57,628 nt of DNA from an uncultured Candidatus Saccharibacteria bacterium (GCA_964554765.1 CAZKPS010000002.1:63808-121435); one strand, 5' to 3'. Positions 47,401-56,216 are shown, numbered from the stretch's first letter. The notes: generated by a model from the letters alone, not told the origin. Numbers and translations are program-made.

Positions 47401-48326
47401 TAAGATATTTTAGTTATTTTGAGATGGTAATGAGACTTGAGGAAGAAATAGCCAACAGTAGCAAAAGTAACCACAGGTGAGACCCATTCAGGGAGATCAA
47501 AATGGAACGCATGGAGAAGCATTATAAGTCCAAGGAAGAATATAGAATACATAGCCCCATTTTTAAGGAATATATATTTCTTCACGTTCTCAACATTTGA
47601 AATTGTAAGCTGTCGAAGAACGATTGCTCCGATACCATTACCAATAAGAATAAGAGGTACGGAAAGTGTAAACGCGAATGCGCCGAGCACTCCATCGATA
47701 GAAAATGTCGCATCAATCACTTCAAGGTATAGAATTTTGCTGACGTCTGATTTTTTTGATGATCCGTGAAGAAGTTCTTTTTCTGCTTTTTCTGCATTTT
47801 CCTTAAATCCGTGTGTGATGAAAAACGCAGTCGAACCAACCACAGCACCAAACGCCATCATCGGATTAACCTTTAATGCCTCCCAAACAACCACAGCGAG
47901 AATTATTGATACGACTGCAAAAAACCAAACTCCCTGTCGATGAAAAAATGCCTCTCCTACAAGCCCATATGTTTTCTTCTCAAGGAATAGCCAATGAAAA
48001 AAAAGAAACACAAGAAAGATTCCACCGCCCGCCATAAGTATAGGTGCCGACTCGTGGATTGATTCTGCTACAATAGGGTCATTTGAAAACGTAGCGGTAA
48101 AAGCACCTAAAAAACCTAGTTCAGGGTTTGTAGCCCAAATAATCACCCAAGGGAGAAATCCTCTAATAATAAACACTGCAAAGAGGATTCCATAGAAGAG
48201 GAACCACTTTCGCGCCTTCGGAGACATCGTCTCAAGCACCTCCGCGTTAACAATAGCGTTATCAGCACTTGAAATAATTTCGAATAATGCAAGACCAAGT
48301 ATGGTCAAAATTGATGCGGTAATCAT
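47400..48326 (-). CDS. TerC/DUF475-family integral membrane protein
   Basis: LFEIISSADNAIVNAEVL; multi-TM. Confidence 0.55.
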   Translation of the reverse strand: MITASILTILGLALFEIISSADNAIVNAEVLETMSPKARKWFLFYGILFAVFIIRGFLPWVIIWATNPELGFLGAFTATFSNDPIVAESIHESAPILMAGGGIFLVFLFFHWLFLEKKTYGLVGEAFFHRQGVWFFAVVSIILAVVVWEALKVNPMMAFGAVVGSTAFFITHGFKENAEKAEKELLHGSSKKSDVSKILYLEVIDATFSIDGVLGAFAFTLSVPLILIGNGIGAIVLRQLTISNVENVKKYIFLKNGAMYSIFFLGLIMLLHAFHFDLPEWVSPVVTFATVGYFFLKSHYHLKITKIS

Positions 48327-48382
48327 TCAAATAGTATAGCACCTATTGATAAATTCCAAAAAATGGTTATTATTATCAAACC

Positions 48383-48455
48383 GGGCGATTAGCTCAGTTG
48401 GTAGAGCAATTCATTTACACTGAAAAGGTCACAGGTTCGAGTCCTGTATCGCCCA
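48383..48455 (+). tRNA. tRNA-Val (UAC)
   Basis: GGGCGAU-UA-GCUC-AGUUGGUA-GAGC..loop UUUACAC..ACAGG-UUCGAGU-CCUGU-AUCGCCC-A. Confidence 0.85.
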
Positions 48456-48510
48456 CAAAAATACAAAAACACGAGATAATGTCTCGTGTTTTTGTATTTT
48501 TGTGGGCGAT
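48448..48510 (+). terminator. 63-nt hairpin whose 5' arm begins with the last 8 nt of tRNA-Val
   Basis: atcgcccacaaaaatacaaaaacacgaga-taatg-tctcgtgtttttgtatttttgtgggcgat. Confidence 0.7.
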
Positions 48511-48667
48511 AGGAAGCAAATAGTTTTGCTTCCGTACAGGACTCGAAAGGATTTTCTATGTTTATAAGATTTTAATAAATCGAATAAACAAGAAAATCAC
48601 CTGCGACGGTAGTCGAGAGTCCTGTATTTTGTAATCCAAACCTGTAAGGTTCGAGAGTCCCGATCAT

Positions 48668-49309
48668 CTACCCCAACCTCTTCCCATCCCTTCCCCATTC
48701 CTGAACCTTACCTGCCCTCCTCTCTACAGGATCAGCAATACGTAACATCTTTATATTTTTCTCTGGTGCCACTTTAAAATGTTTCAGACTATCAAGAAGC
48801 ACTGATATTTCCCAAAGATCTTTTTCTTCGGTCACCCAATTACCTTTAAACTTCCGAAGGTCGTAGGGGTTCGAAAAACTCCGTAGTGTCTTTCGTCCAT
48901 CCTTGTCCATAAACCATTCGTGAAAATACGACATCGCAAGCTCGCGAATCGTCTTGTATACAGGATCACGATAACGGATGGTTCCGTGATTGGTCTTGCT
49001 CACACATCCCCAATATCCATTTATTTTATAGGGAGCAATGACATGATCCACATCATCATCTGTTGATTTCATATCCATAATGAGTGGTTTGTATCCATGT
49101 ATCCAAAGTGCGAGTGCTCCGAGGAGTGCACCCTCAAGACAATGTGCTTTATTCTCTCGGAGTGTCCGTCTTGGAGATTTGTTTGTCTCCCCTTCGAGTT
49201 CAAAATTAGTCGGGATATCATCGATGAAGTCTTGGATCTTCTCGGGAGTATTGAGTTTCTCTAAAATCGAGAGTTCTGATTTTGTAAGATTGAGTTTTTT
49301 TAAATCCAT
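48668..49309 (-). CDS. Hypothetical protein, possibly transglutaminase-like Cys-His fold
   Basis: ..ENKAHCLEGALLGA..DVDHVIAP..; low-confidence motif reading. Confidence 0.35.
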   Translation of the reverse strand: MDLKKLNLTKSELSILEKLNTPEKIQDFIDDIPTNFELEGETNKSPRRTLRENKAHCLEGALLGALALWIHGYKPLIMDMKSTDDDVDHVIAPYKINGYWGCVSKTNHGTIRYRDPVYKTIRELAMSYFHEWFMDKDGRKTLRSFSNPYDLRKFKGNWVTEEKDLWEISVLLDSLKHFKVAPEKNIKMLRIADPVERRAGKVQEWGRDGKRLG

Positions 49310-49836
49310 AAATAATTCCTAATGAAAAATACTATAACCGCAACAATAACAAGCAATATCTCAAGATAAAAGAGTGGGCTTATAAGAAGATGTCTCCACA
49401 AGTTTTTCCAAGTCGATAAAGTAAATTCTCTTCTTCTAAATAATGTATACTCTTTTTTCGAAAAAGGTTTAAGCCAACCAATACCCACAGAAGAAAAAAT
49501 CGAATCGCAAACAAAATGACTCCACGGACAAAGCCAGAGAAGAAGTCCTAATACTTTTCCAAAATTAGAATCTGTAAGCAGAAAAATAAAGAGACCGATA
49601 GCAAGCCAAAGAAGTGGTATATGAGTGATGTGATCCCTGTGCCCAGTTAATGCAGTCACACTCGTTGTTTTCTTTTTAAGGAAACTAAAAAATACATCGA
49701 GGTCTGGACCATCACCAAGCAGTGCCCCGATTGTAAGGAGAATTGCCTGCTCATTAGGAGTAAGTGTAAGTCCAGATAAAGTAACAACCCCGAGAGCTGT
49801 GAGATACCCTGCTGCAATGTGACCTGGTAATACCAT
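49300..49836 (-). CDS. Membrane-bound metal-dependent hydrolase-like (DUF457/YdjM-like) protein
   Basis: MVLPGHIAAGYL..GDGPDLD..HRDHITH. Confidence 0.45.
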   Translation of the reverse strand: MVLPGHIAAGYLTALGVVTLSGLTLTPNEQAILLTIGALLGDGPDLDVFFSFLKKKTTSVTALTGHRDHITHIPLLWLAIGLFIFLLTDSNFGKVLGLLLWLCPWSHFVCDSIFSSVGIGWLKPFSKKEYTLFRRREFTLSTWKNLWRHLLISPLFYLEILLVIVAVIVFFIRNYLWI

Positions 49837-50328
49837 AGGGTTAGTTTAGCATAAAAAATAATTGGATTTGTTGTCACGGATATTTTGCTCGTTGTCTCTC
49901 GCAAAATTCCTCGACCCTGACTCGCTCCCCGCTAGGACATCGGTTGTTACACAACCAGTATCCCGATTGGAGATTTTATTTCGTAAACTCATAAAATCTG
50001 CTCAATCGGGCTTCGGCAAGCCATCCCAGGCTTGCCAGGATCGTGAGTACACTCATCGGTCACAAGTATTTTTCCGCTGAAAAATCTCGCGACCCCGACT
50101 CGTGCCATCGCACTCCGTCTTTCGATTCCTAGCGGTTCCTCCAGCGACAAAAAAACACCGAGTAATTCTCGGTGTTTTTTTGTCGGGTGCCCCCGCTAGG
50201 AATATCTCCCTCGACTAAACTTTTGCCGTCGCAAAAGTTTGTCTGGTCACCGCCTCGTATTTTTCTCTACTGAGAAAAATATACTCCGGCGTTCGATTCC
50301 TAGACGAAAGTGCGTTTAGCACTTTCTC

Positions 50329-50382
50329 GGGGGCATAAATAAAAAAAGCGCCCTAAAGCGCTCTTTTTTTATTTATGCCCCC
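50329..50382 (-). terminator. 54-nt hairpin that includes the last 7 nt of tRNA-Arg
   Basis: gggggcataaataaaaaaagcgc-cctaa-agcgctctttttttatttatgccccc. Confidence 0.7.
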
Positions 50383-50447
50383 GCTAGGAATCGAACCTAG
50401 AATAACGGCTTAGAAGTCCGCAGTTATATCCATTTAACTACAGGGGC
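50376..50447 (-). tRNA. tRNA-Arg (UCU)
   Basis: GCCCCUG-UA-GUUA-AAUGGAUA-UAAC..loop CUUCUAA..CUAGG-UUCGAUU-CCUAG-CGGGGGC-A. Confidence 0.8.
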
Positions 50448-50479
50448 AATTGGTGAAAGACCGTTACAAATTAACACAA

Positions 50480-50797
50480 TTATTGAGCTGGGTCAATTGA
50501 GACTTTTTTGTTGGACTCAATAATCCTAAACTCATCTGCCCTCTTACTGTATATATCTATCATTTGTCTTAATTGTTCTGCATTCACACCTGTTTTAGGT
50601 GAAAACTGCTTATCGATTCTTATCATATTTCTTTCCCCGACCGCCAAATAGAGATTAATTTGAAACAATATTGAACCTAGTAGTGCGACAATAAAAAGTG
50701 TAAAAATAATTCTCCAGTCCTTATCCGCATCACTCCCGATATTTCTAAAGAAGTGTACTACTTTTTTCCAAAAAATTTTTGGTGTCAGTCTTTTCAT
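50480..50797 (-). CDS. Small membrane-anchored protein at the end of the pilus-assembly cluster
   Basis: 105 aa, one TM. Confidence 0.35.
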   Translation of the reverse strand: MKRLTPKIFWKKVVHFFRNIGSDADKDWRIIFTLFIVALLGSILFQINLYLAVGERNMIRIDKQFSPKTGVNAEQLRQMIDIYSKRADEFRIIESNKKVSIDPAQ

Positions 50798-50813
50798 TTA
50801 ATTTATGAATTGA

Positions 50814-51446
50814 TTAGCTATTTGTATCATTAACAACCTTCTCTTCAAGATCACCGGAATCATTTGAAGTTGGGGTATTTGTCTTTTTGACTGCCCATAC
50901 AATCATCCCTACCTTGAGTTGCCACTCTCTGACGCCAGATTTCTTCTTACCATTTACTATCGAATCTTCTGTTTTCACATTAGTGAGTGTAAATGAATTT
51001 ATTGTCGATTTATATGGCAACCTCTCCAATAGACCGAGCAGATTGACCATCCCTGACCATTTACCATTACTACTTATGACAAGTGTAAGTTTCTCTTTGC
51101 CTGGCGCATTAGATTCAACACTCGAGTCTTCTGTGACTGAATCAACAGATCCTGTGACACCCACTTCCTTCATAAGACCCTCTATAGTTTGAATAAAATT
51201 AACTATTGAATCATGCCTCAAAAACAATGCGGAGACCGTTTCCCCCTCAGCGACTGTTACTCGAAGATTTTGCTCTATATCCTGCAGATTTTTGAGCTTT
51301 ACCTCTGCAGCTCTTGTTGCTTCATAAAAATTGGCAACGTCTTTTTTACTTTCATTTAGGCTGTTATAGAAATATGCATATATCAATGCGCTTAAAAACG
51401 CCAAGATAAGAGAAGATATGAGAAGTATGTTATTTTTTTTACTCAT
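50814..51446 (-). CDS. PilO-like pilus assembly protein (position- and topology-based call)
   Basis: N-terminal TM plus coiled coil, downstream of the PilN-like gene. Confidence 0.35.
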   Translation of the reverse strand: MSKKNNILLISSLILAFLSALIYAYFYNSLNESKKDVANFYEATRAAEVKLKNLQDIEQNLRVTVAEGETVSALFLRHDSIVNFIQTIEGLMKEVGVTGSVDSVTEDSSVESNAPGKEKLTLVISSNGKWSGMVNLLGLLERLPYKSTINSFTLTNVKTEDSIVNGKKKSGVREWQLKVGMIVWAVKKTNTPTSNDSGDLEEKVVNDTNS

Positions 51447-51463
51447 TGTATAAATCCTATTTT

Positions 51464-51997
51464 CTAAAACTTGCCAAGTAATGTGATACTAAATTTTACA
51501 TCTGTCTGTTTTGCAAGGTTTGATACAGGAAGATCCACAGAAGTAAACATTAATTCCTTTTTAAGATTGTTGGAGAACATCAATAGGCTTGCACGGTCCT
51601 TTGCCACCCCTTGAATGTTAATACTGCTCTGTGCTCGAACACCTCGTGTGTATCCAAGGGATATAATGGATATATTAGTTGTTGTCTGGTCTAGAATCGC
51701 ATTTATTGCTGCATATAGCCGAGTCTCGTCCGGTTTTGCGAGAGCAAGATCAGACTGAATTTGATTCATAGTTGTAGTTAAACCATCCTTATCTTTTAAT
51801 TTTATCTGTTTTGAAAGTGTGTCTGACTGTAACTCGAGTGTTGATTTCTGAGACTCAAGTGAGATATACGATGGAAACAAGAGTGCAGTATTGATAACAA
51901 AAAAAACAGAGACAGAGAACAAGAAAACAACAATGAGTCTTATTCTATACTCCTTAAAAAGTTTTTTCTTGTGTTGTTCTGGTAGAAGTGTGAACAT
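51464..51997 (-). CDS. PilN-like type IV pilus assembly protein
   Basis: MFTLLPEQHKKKLFKEYRIRLIVVFLF.. typical PilN N-terminus plus TM. Confidence 0.5.
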   Translation of the reverse strand: MFTLLPEQHKKKLFKEYRIRLIVVFLFSVSVFFVINTALLFPSYISLESQKSTLELQSDTLSKQIKLKDKDGLTTTMNQIQSDLALAKPDETRLYAAINAILDQTTTNISIISLGYTRGVRAQSSINIQGVAKDRASLLMFSNNLKKELMFTSVDLPVSNLAKQTDVKFSITLLGKF

Positions 51998-52006
51998 ATA
52001 TTATGA

Positions 52007-53059
52007 TTATACCTCAGTTGGCAGTACGAGACCCAGAGCTGTTGCATACGAAAGGGAGTCTTCAAAAGAAATCTCGGGCACTGTGTCTTTATAATAATCA
52101 ATATTGGTCCAAACATTCGATATTTCAACAGGCATTTTGAGAGACGAGGAGAGATAGTCAGCAAATCCAGGAATCGCAGCGTCTTTACCGCAAAGAATTA
52201 TCTTTTGAACTGGAGACCCTCCTCCATTTGTTTGCTTTATCCAGTATGCCGAAACACGTAATATTTCATCTCGAAGAACAGATATAGTCGAAGCGAGTCC
52301 TGTTGCGAATGACTCACCATCGCCCGTTGTCTTAAACAGACCTTCCTTGTACTTAATCTTGCGCGCTTCTTCAATATCAACCCCAAATTGCTTTTGAATC
52401 GCACTTGTAAGTTGTGCTCCTCCAAAGCTTGTTGTGGAACTGAACTGTACAAACCCATATTCCACAACACCCAGCATTGTCTTCTCTCGAGAGAGGTACA
52501 CAAGCAAATGAGATCCGACATAATTTCTCTCAACAATTGATCTCGAAAGTGCCCCCGATTCAACCATATATGATACCGCCACCATACCACACTCTTCGAG
52601 AATGGAATTATATTTGTTTATGACATCGCGAGAGACCACAGACACTACTGCTATCTTTATATCCTTTTTAGGAAGAATATAATAATCAAATAGCGCTTCA
52701 GTGTCTTGAATAGGAACATTTTCCTCGAGATGAAATTCGATGTTGTTACGAATTTCTTGTGAAGTATCTCCTGTTACCTCCATTGTAAAAAGATATGTCT
52801 CTTCTTCTGGTAGTGACATTTTTACATAGGTAATACCTTCAGTTCGTTTTATTTCTTTAAGTACATTTTTAAGAGATTCATTACTCAGAACGCTCTCATT
52901 AGGCTCGAAAGCTCTTTTCCCGTATCGCCCAAGTTTAAAACTTTCTCCTGTACTTTGGAGCTCTGCAAAATGCAATGACTCTCGACCAATATCGAGACCC
53001 ACATAAGAAAATTTTAAGAATCGTGGTGTAGGAAAAAATTCAAAAATCTTTTTAAACAT
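52007..53059 (-). CDS. pilM: PilM-like type IV pilus assembly protein (actin-like ATPase fold)
   Basis: YVGLDIGRESLHFAEL... Start moved to ATG 53057-53059, because the track ORF extension runs through the conserved hairpin. Confidence 0.6.
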   Translation of the reverse strand: MFKKIFEFFPTPRFLKFSYVGLDIGRESLHFAELQSTGESFKLGRYGKRAFEPNESVLSNESLKNVLKEIKRTEGITYVKMSLPEEETYLFTMEVTGDTSQEIRNNIEFHLEENVPIQDTEALFDYYILPKKDIKIAVVSVVSRDVINKYNSILEECGMVAVSYMVESGALSRSIVERNYVGSHLLVYLSREKTMLGVVEYGFVQFSSTTSFGGAQLTSAIQKQFGVDIEEARKIKYKEGLFKTTGDGESFATGLASTISVLRDEILRVSAYWIKQTNGGGSPVQKIILCGKDAAIPGFADYLSSSLKMPVEISNVWTNIDYYKDTVPEISFEDSLSYATALGLVLPTEV

Positions 53060-53104
53060 TAGTCTAATTATATAGCGAAAGAACAAAATAATGAATAGGA
53101 AAAT

Positions 53105-53137
53105 AAAATGCACGGCGCCATAGGTGCCGTGCATTTT
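53105..53137. terminator. GC-core palindromic hairpin family, copy 4 (variant)
   Basis: aaaatgcacggcgccataggtgccgtgcatttt. Confidence 0.6.
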
Positions 53138-53161
53138 TTCCTTTTTCTTTTTACCTTTTAC

Positions 53162-53548
53162 TTAGTTCGCTTTTGTCCCCTCCTCTACCGCATCATCAGC
53201 TTTGAGAAGTGAAAACGGCTTGTCTCCACCACCGAGAGCAAAAAGCATTCCATTACTCTCAAGTCCCATCATCTTTCGCGGAGCAAGATTTGTGACGAAC
53301 ATACATTTCTGCCCTACTAAAACCTGTTCATCTGGAAAATACTTTTGAATCCCAGAGAGAATTTGTCGCGGACCAGACTCTTCTTTAAAATCCACCTTGA
53401 GCTTGAGAAGCTTATCTGACCCTTCGATTTTTTCTGCACTAAGAATTTTGCCCAAAGTCACTTCAATCTTTTTAAGATCATCAATAGATATCTTTGGATC
53501 CTCTTTTATTTCTACCACCTTCTCTTCTACTTTTATTTCGTCTGACAT
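53162..53548 (-). CDS. tRNA-binding domain protein (CsaA/Trbp111/EMAP-II-like)
   Basis: GKILSAEKIEGSDKLLKLKVDF..RQILSGIQKYF..VTNLAPRKMMGLESNGML. Confidence 0.8.
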   Translation of the reverse strand: MSDEIKVEEKVVEIKEDPKISIDDLKKIEVTLGKILSAEKIEGSDKLLKLKVDFKEESGPRQILSGIQKYFPDEQVLVGQKCMFVTNLAPRKMMGLESNGMLFALGGGDKPFSLLKADDAVEEGTKAN

Positions 53549-53553
53549 GCGTA

Positions 53554-53940
53554 TTATTTTAAATTTTTTAATTGATCAATATATGATTGTAAGATTATGG
53601 CTGCTGCCGATGCATCAATCATATCACTATCTCCCTGAATCCTTGTCGCCCCATAGGTACTGTAGAATTCTGGCTGGAGTACCACTTCAACACTCTCTGC
53701 TTCTAATAGTCCCTTGAACTTTCGAATACCTTCCATAATAGCATTCTCGGTCCCATCGAGATTTTTACTCTCACCCAAGACCACTTTACTGATTTTTTCT
53801 TTTTTTACAATCTCGAGAACAGTCTTCAAGAGGTCTTTGTCATTATTCATAACCGAACGAGGAAACGCCATACCACTGTCTGTATCTGCAGTGGCAAGCC
53901 CTACCCTCTTTGACCCATAATCTATCCCTAGGATTTTCAT
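53554..53940 (-). CDS. ruvX: Holliday junction resolvase-like RuvX/YqgF
   Basis: MKILGIDYGSKRVGLA.. Confidence 0.85.
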   Translation of the reverse strand: MKILGIDYGSKRVGLATADTDSGMAFPRSVMNNDKDLLKTVLEIVKKEKISKVVLGESKNLDGTENAIMEGIRKFKGLLEAESVEVVLQPEFYSTYGATRIQGDSDMIDASAAAIILQSYIDQLKNLK

Positions 53941-54097
53941 ATATATGAGTATACCCGGGCACTAAACATAATACAAACAATGTTTTTCATTATTAAGCAT
54001 AAAAATAATTTAATGTTCTCAAACATATTCGGCTTAATGCACGGGCAAGTCACTGTATTGTGAAATTCAGCTTTTTCTGATAACATAGCCCAATATT

Positions 54098-54185
54098 GGA
54101 GGAGTCGCATAGTGGTTTAGTGCACCTGTCTTGAAAACAGGAGTGCCGCAAGGTACCGCGAGTTCGAATCTCGCCTCCTCCGCCA
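54098..54185 (+). tRNA. tRNA-Ser (UGA) with a long variable arm; its 3' end is the integration site of the nirK element
   Basis: GGAGGAG..CCUGU-CUUGAAA-ACAGG..variable arm GAGUGCCGCAAGGUACCGC..GCGAG-UUCGAAU-CUCGC-CUCCUCC-G-CCA. Confidence 0.85.
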
Positions 54186-55628
54186 GTTAGGAAATGAAGT
54201 CATTGGCTCGCCCGCTACGCGGGCTCGCCAGCCGTTTTTCGCCGAAAATTCAAGCCGTTTTGAATTCAGCATAAAGTTCGAGCCGACATTTTTGAGAAAT
54301 GCGCGGATTTGCGTTTTGTCGCCTTGCGACAAAAGAATTTTGGCTTGGCTGCTCAATAAAATCACTTCTCGCATCGGTTCGAGCCAATTATTTCCCTTTT
54401 GTTCAAAATCTCTGATTTCTTGGTCAATATCGGCTTTCTCACCCAACAGTTTTGCTTTCTTTGCTTGATACTCGTCCGGCGATATTCCTTTGCCATCAAT
54501 GTAGATATCGAGAAGCCGATCTATTTTCTGCTCCACTTCCGCTTTTCGGGTTTTCAGATTTTGAACAAAAGAAACACCCTCATTTTGAATACTCGCTTTT
54601 TCGCGGTCTAACTCGGCAAGCATATTGTCTCGCCAGTCATCGGGAATAGAAACTTTTTGAATGACGGATTTCATCTGTTCAACAAGGGCTTCCTCGCGGA
54701 GATACTTTTCATCACAGGTTTGCTTTTTCTTGGTGCAACGATAGTAAATATGTCCCTTTTGGGTTTCGGCGGTAATGAGGCAACCGCACTTTCCGCATTT
54801 CATAAAGCCGGAAAAAGCAAACTCGTGTTTTCGCTTTCTCTTTTTCTTGCCCCGATTGTTCATTACTTGTTGAACAGCATCAAAAAGTTTCTTAGAAATA
54901 ATTGGCTCGTGGCTTCCTTCATATAGCTCGCCGTTGAAGCGGAAAGTTCCGTAGTAAAAGGGATTTTTAAGCATTCGCTGGACACAGGAGGTGGAAAGAA
55001 CATTGCCTTTGTAGCTGTCCATTCCCGTATCCGCCAAAAACTGCTTGATATTTTTAAGCGTGTTGTCGCCGGTGGCGTAGAGTTCAAAACATTCTCTCAC
55101 CAACATCGATTTTTCTTTATCAAGGTCAATGCTCTTTGTTTTTGAATTGTTGAGATAGCCGAGTGGCGCAAACCCCGGCCATATTCCTTTTCGCAGTTTT
55201 TGGCGGTGGCCTCGTTTGATGTTTTCACTTAAATTGTCCACATAGTATTTGCTCTGACCAAAGGCAATGTTCAGCATAAATTTCCCTTGTGGCGTGCTAT
55301 CAAACCAAAATGTAGGAAATTTGAGGTCTTGGATTTTTCCTGTGTCCAGCAGATAAATAATCTTTCCGCCGTCTATGGAGTTGCGAGCTAATCTGTCCGG
55401 GTGCCAAGCCAAAATTCCGCCGGCTTCTCCGGCGCAAATCCGATCCAGCATTTCTGCGAAAATCTTTCGCCCAGGTTCTTTGGCAGTTTGCGCCTCGCTC
55501 AGCGAGGCGACGATTTCAAGTTTTTCTTTGGCGGCAAATTCTTTCAATTCAGAAATCTGGGACTCAAGAGACATCACTTGTCTTTCTTCGCTCTCGGTAG
55601 ATTTTCGTGTGTAGATAAAGTATTTCAT
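54117..55628 (-). CDS. Large serine recombinase (integrase); the last 20 codons are read from tRNA-Ser antisense sequence
   Basis: YTRKSTESEERQVMSLESQ..ILAWHPDRLARN; zinc ribbon CGKCGC..YYRC. Homologous to the recombinase at 40915..42501. Confidence 0.9.
   Translation of the reverse strand: MKYFIYTRKSTESEERQVMSLESQISELKEFAAKEKLEIVASLSEAQTAKEPGRKIFAEMLDRICAGEAGGILAWHPDRLARNSIDGGKIIYLLDTGKIQDLKFPTFWFDSTPQGKFMLNIAFGQSKYYVDNLSENIKRGHRQKLRKGIWPGFAPLGYLNNSKTKSIDLDKEKSMLVRECFELYATGDNTLKNIKQFLADTGMDSYKGNVLSTSCVQRMLKNPFYYGTFRFNGELYEGSHEPIISKKLFDAVQQVMNNRGKKKRKRKHEFAFSGFMKCGKCGCLITAETQKGHIYYRCTKKKQTCDEKYLREEALVEQMKSVIQKVSIPDDWRDNMLAELDREKASIQNEGVSFVQNLKTRKAEVEQKIDRLLDIYIDGKGISPDEYQAKKAKLLGEKADIDQEIRDFEQKGNNWLEPMREVILLSSQAKILLSQGDKTQIRAFLKNVGSNFMLNSKRLEFSAKNGWRARVAGEPMTSFPNWRRRRDSNSRYLAALLFSRQVH
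54180..54269. repeat. 90-bp arm (P') at the left end of the tRNA-Ser element; a perfect inverted copy is at 55660-55749
   Basis: ccgccagttaggaaatgaagtcattggctcgcccgctacgcgggctcgccagccgtttttcgccgaaaattcaagccgttttgaattcag, compared by eye with its reverse complement. Confidence 0.9.
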
Positions 55629-55659
55629 AAAGATTTAGAAAAGCCCGCTTCTGGCCTTA

Positions 55660-55749
55660 CTGAATTCAAAACGGCTTGAATTTTCGGCGAAAAACGGCTG
55701 GCGAGCCCGCGTAGCGGGCGAGCCAATGACTTCATTTCCTAACTGGCGG
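55660..55749. repeat. Inverted copy of the 90-bp P' arm, 31 nt upstream of the recombinase start
   Basis: Reverse complement of 54180-54269. Confidence 0.9.
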
Positions 55750-55851
55750 TGTCTGTTTGAAAATATCCGAACGGAACTCTCTGGGCTCGGCGGGCGGAAT
55801 TCCCCCCACACCCCCCTTCCGCCCGCCTCGCCTTGAACCGGAGCGGAAAGG
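55746..55851. repeat. Inverted copy of the 106-bp P arm; shares the 4-bp core gcgg with the preceding repeat
   Basis: gcggtgtctgtttgaaaatatccgaacggaactctctgggctcggcgggcggaattccccccacaccccccttccgcccgcctcgccttgaaccggagcggaaagg is the reverse complement of 57472-57577. Confidence 0.9.
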
Positions 55852-55944
55852 CAAACTGCCAAAGAATCTTTCAAAAATGTCGGCTCGAACTTTATGAAGA
55901 CCAGAAGCAGGCTTTTCTTTTCTGAATTGAAATAAATCATAAAA

Positions 55945-55994
55945 CTTGATAGTATGATACTGATAGTGTATCAAATCATTTTAATACTATCAAG
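55945..55994. promoter_or_regulatory. Nested inverted repeats upstream of the XRE gene (candidate operator)
   Basis: cttgatagtat..(gatac-tgatagt-gtatc)..atactatcaag, 12 nt before ATG 56006. Confidence 0.4.
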
Positions 55995-56005
55995 ATAATG
56001 AAAGT

Positions 56006-56212
56006 ATGGCAACTGCAAATAACATTGGTGAAAATATAAAGAAACACAGGACTAAATTGGGGCTTTCGCAAGAAGATTTTGCCCAAAAGTCCGGTGTGAA
56101 ATACACGACCCTTACTAAAATTGAAAGTGGGGTTATTAAAACACCGTCTGTTGTTTTGGTGGCAAGAATTGCCAAAGCTCTTAGCATTTCAATAGAAGAA
56201 TTGATAAAATAA
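56006..56212 (+). CDS. XRE-family HTH regulator
   Basis: LGLSQEDFAQKSGVKYTTLTKIESGVIKTPSVVLVARIAKALSISIEELI. Confidence 0.8.
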   Translation: MATANNIGENIKKHRTKLGLSQEDFAQKSGVKYTTLTKIESGVIKTPSVVLVARIAKALSISIEELIK

Positions 56213-56216
56213 AACT

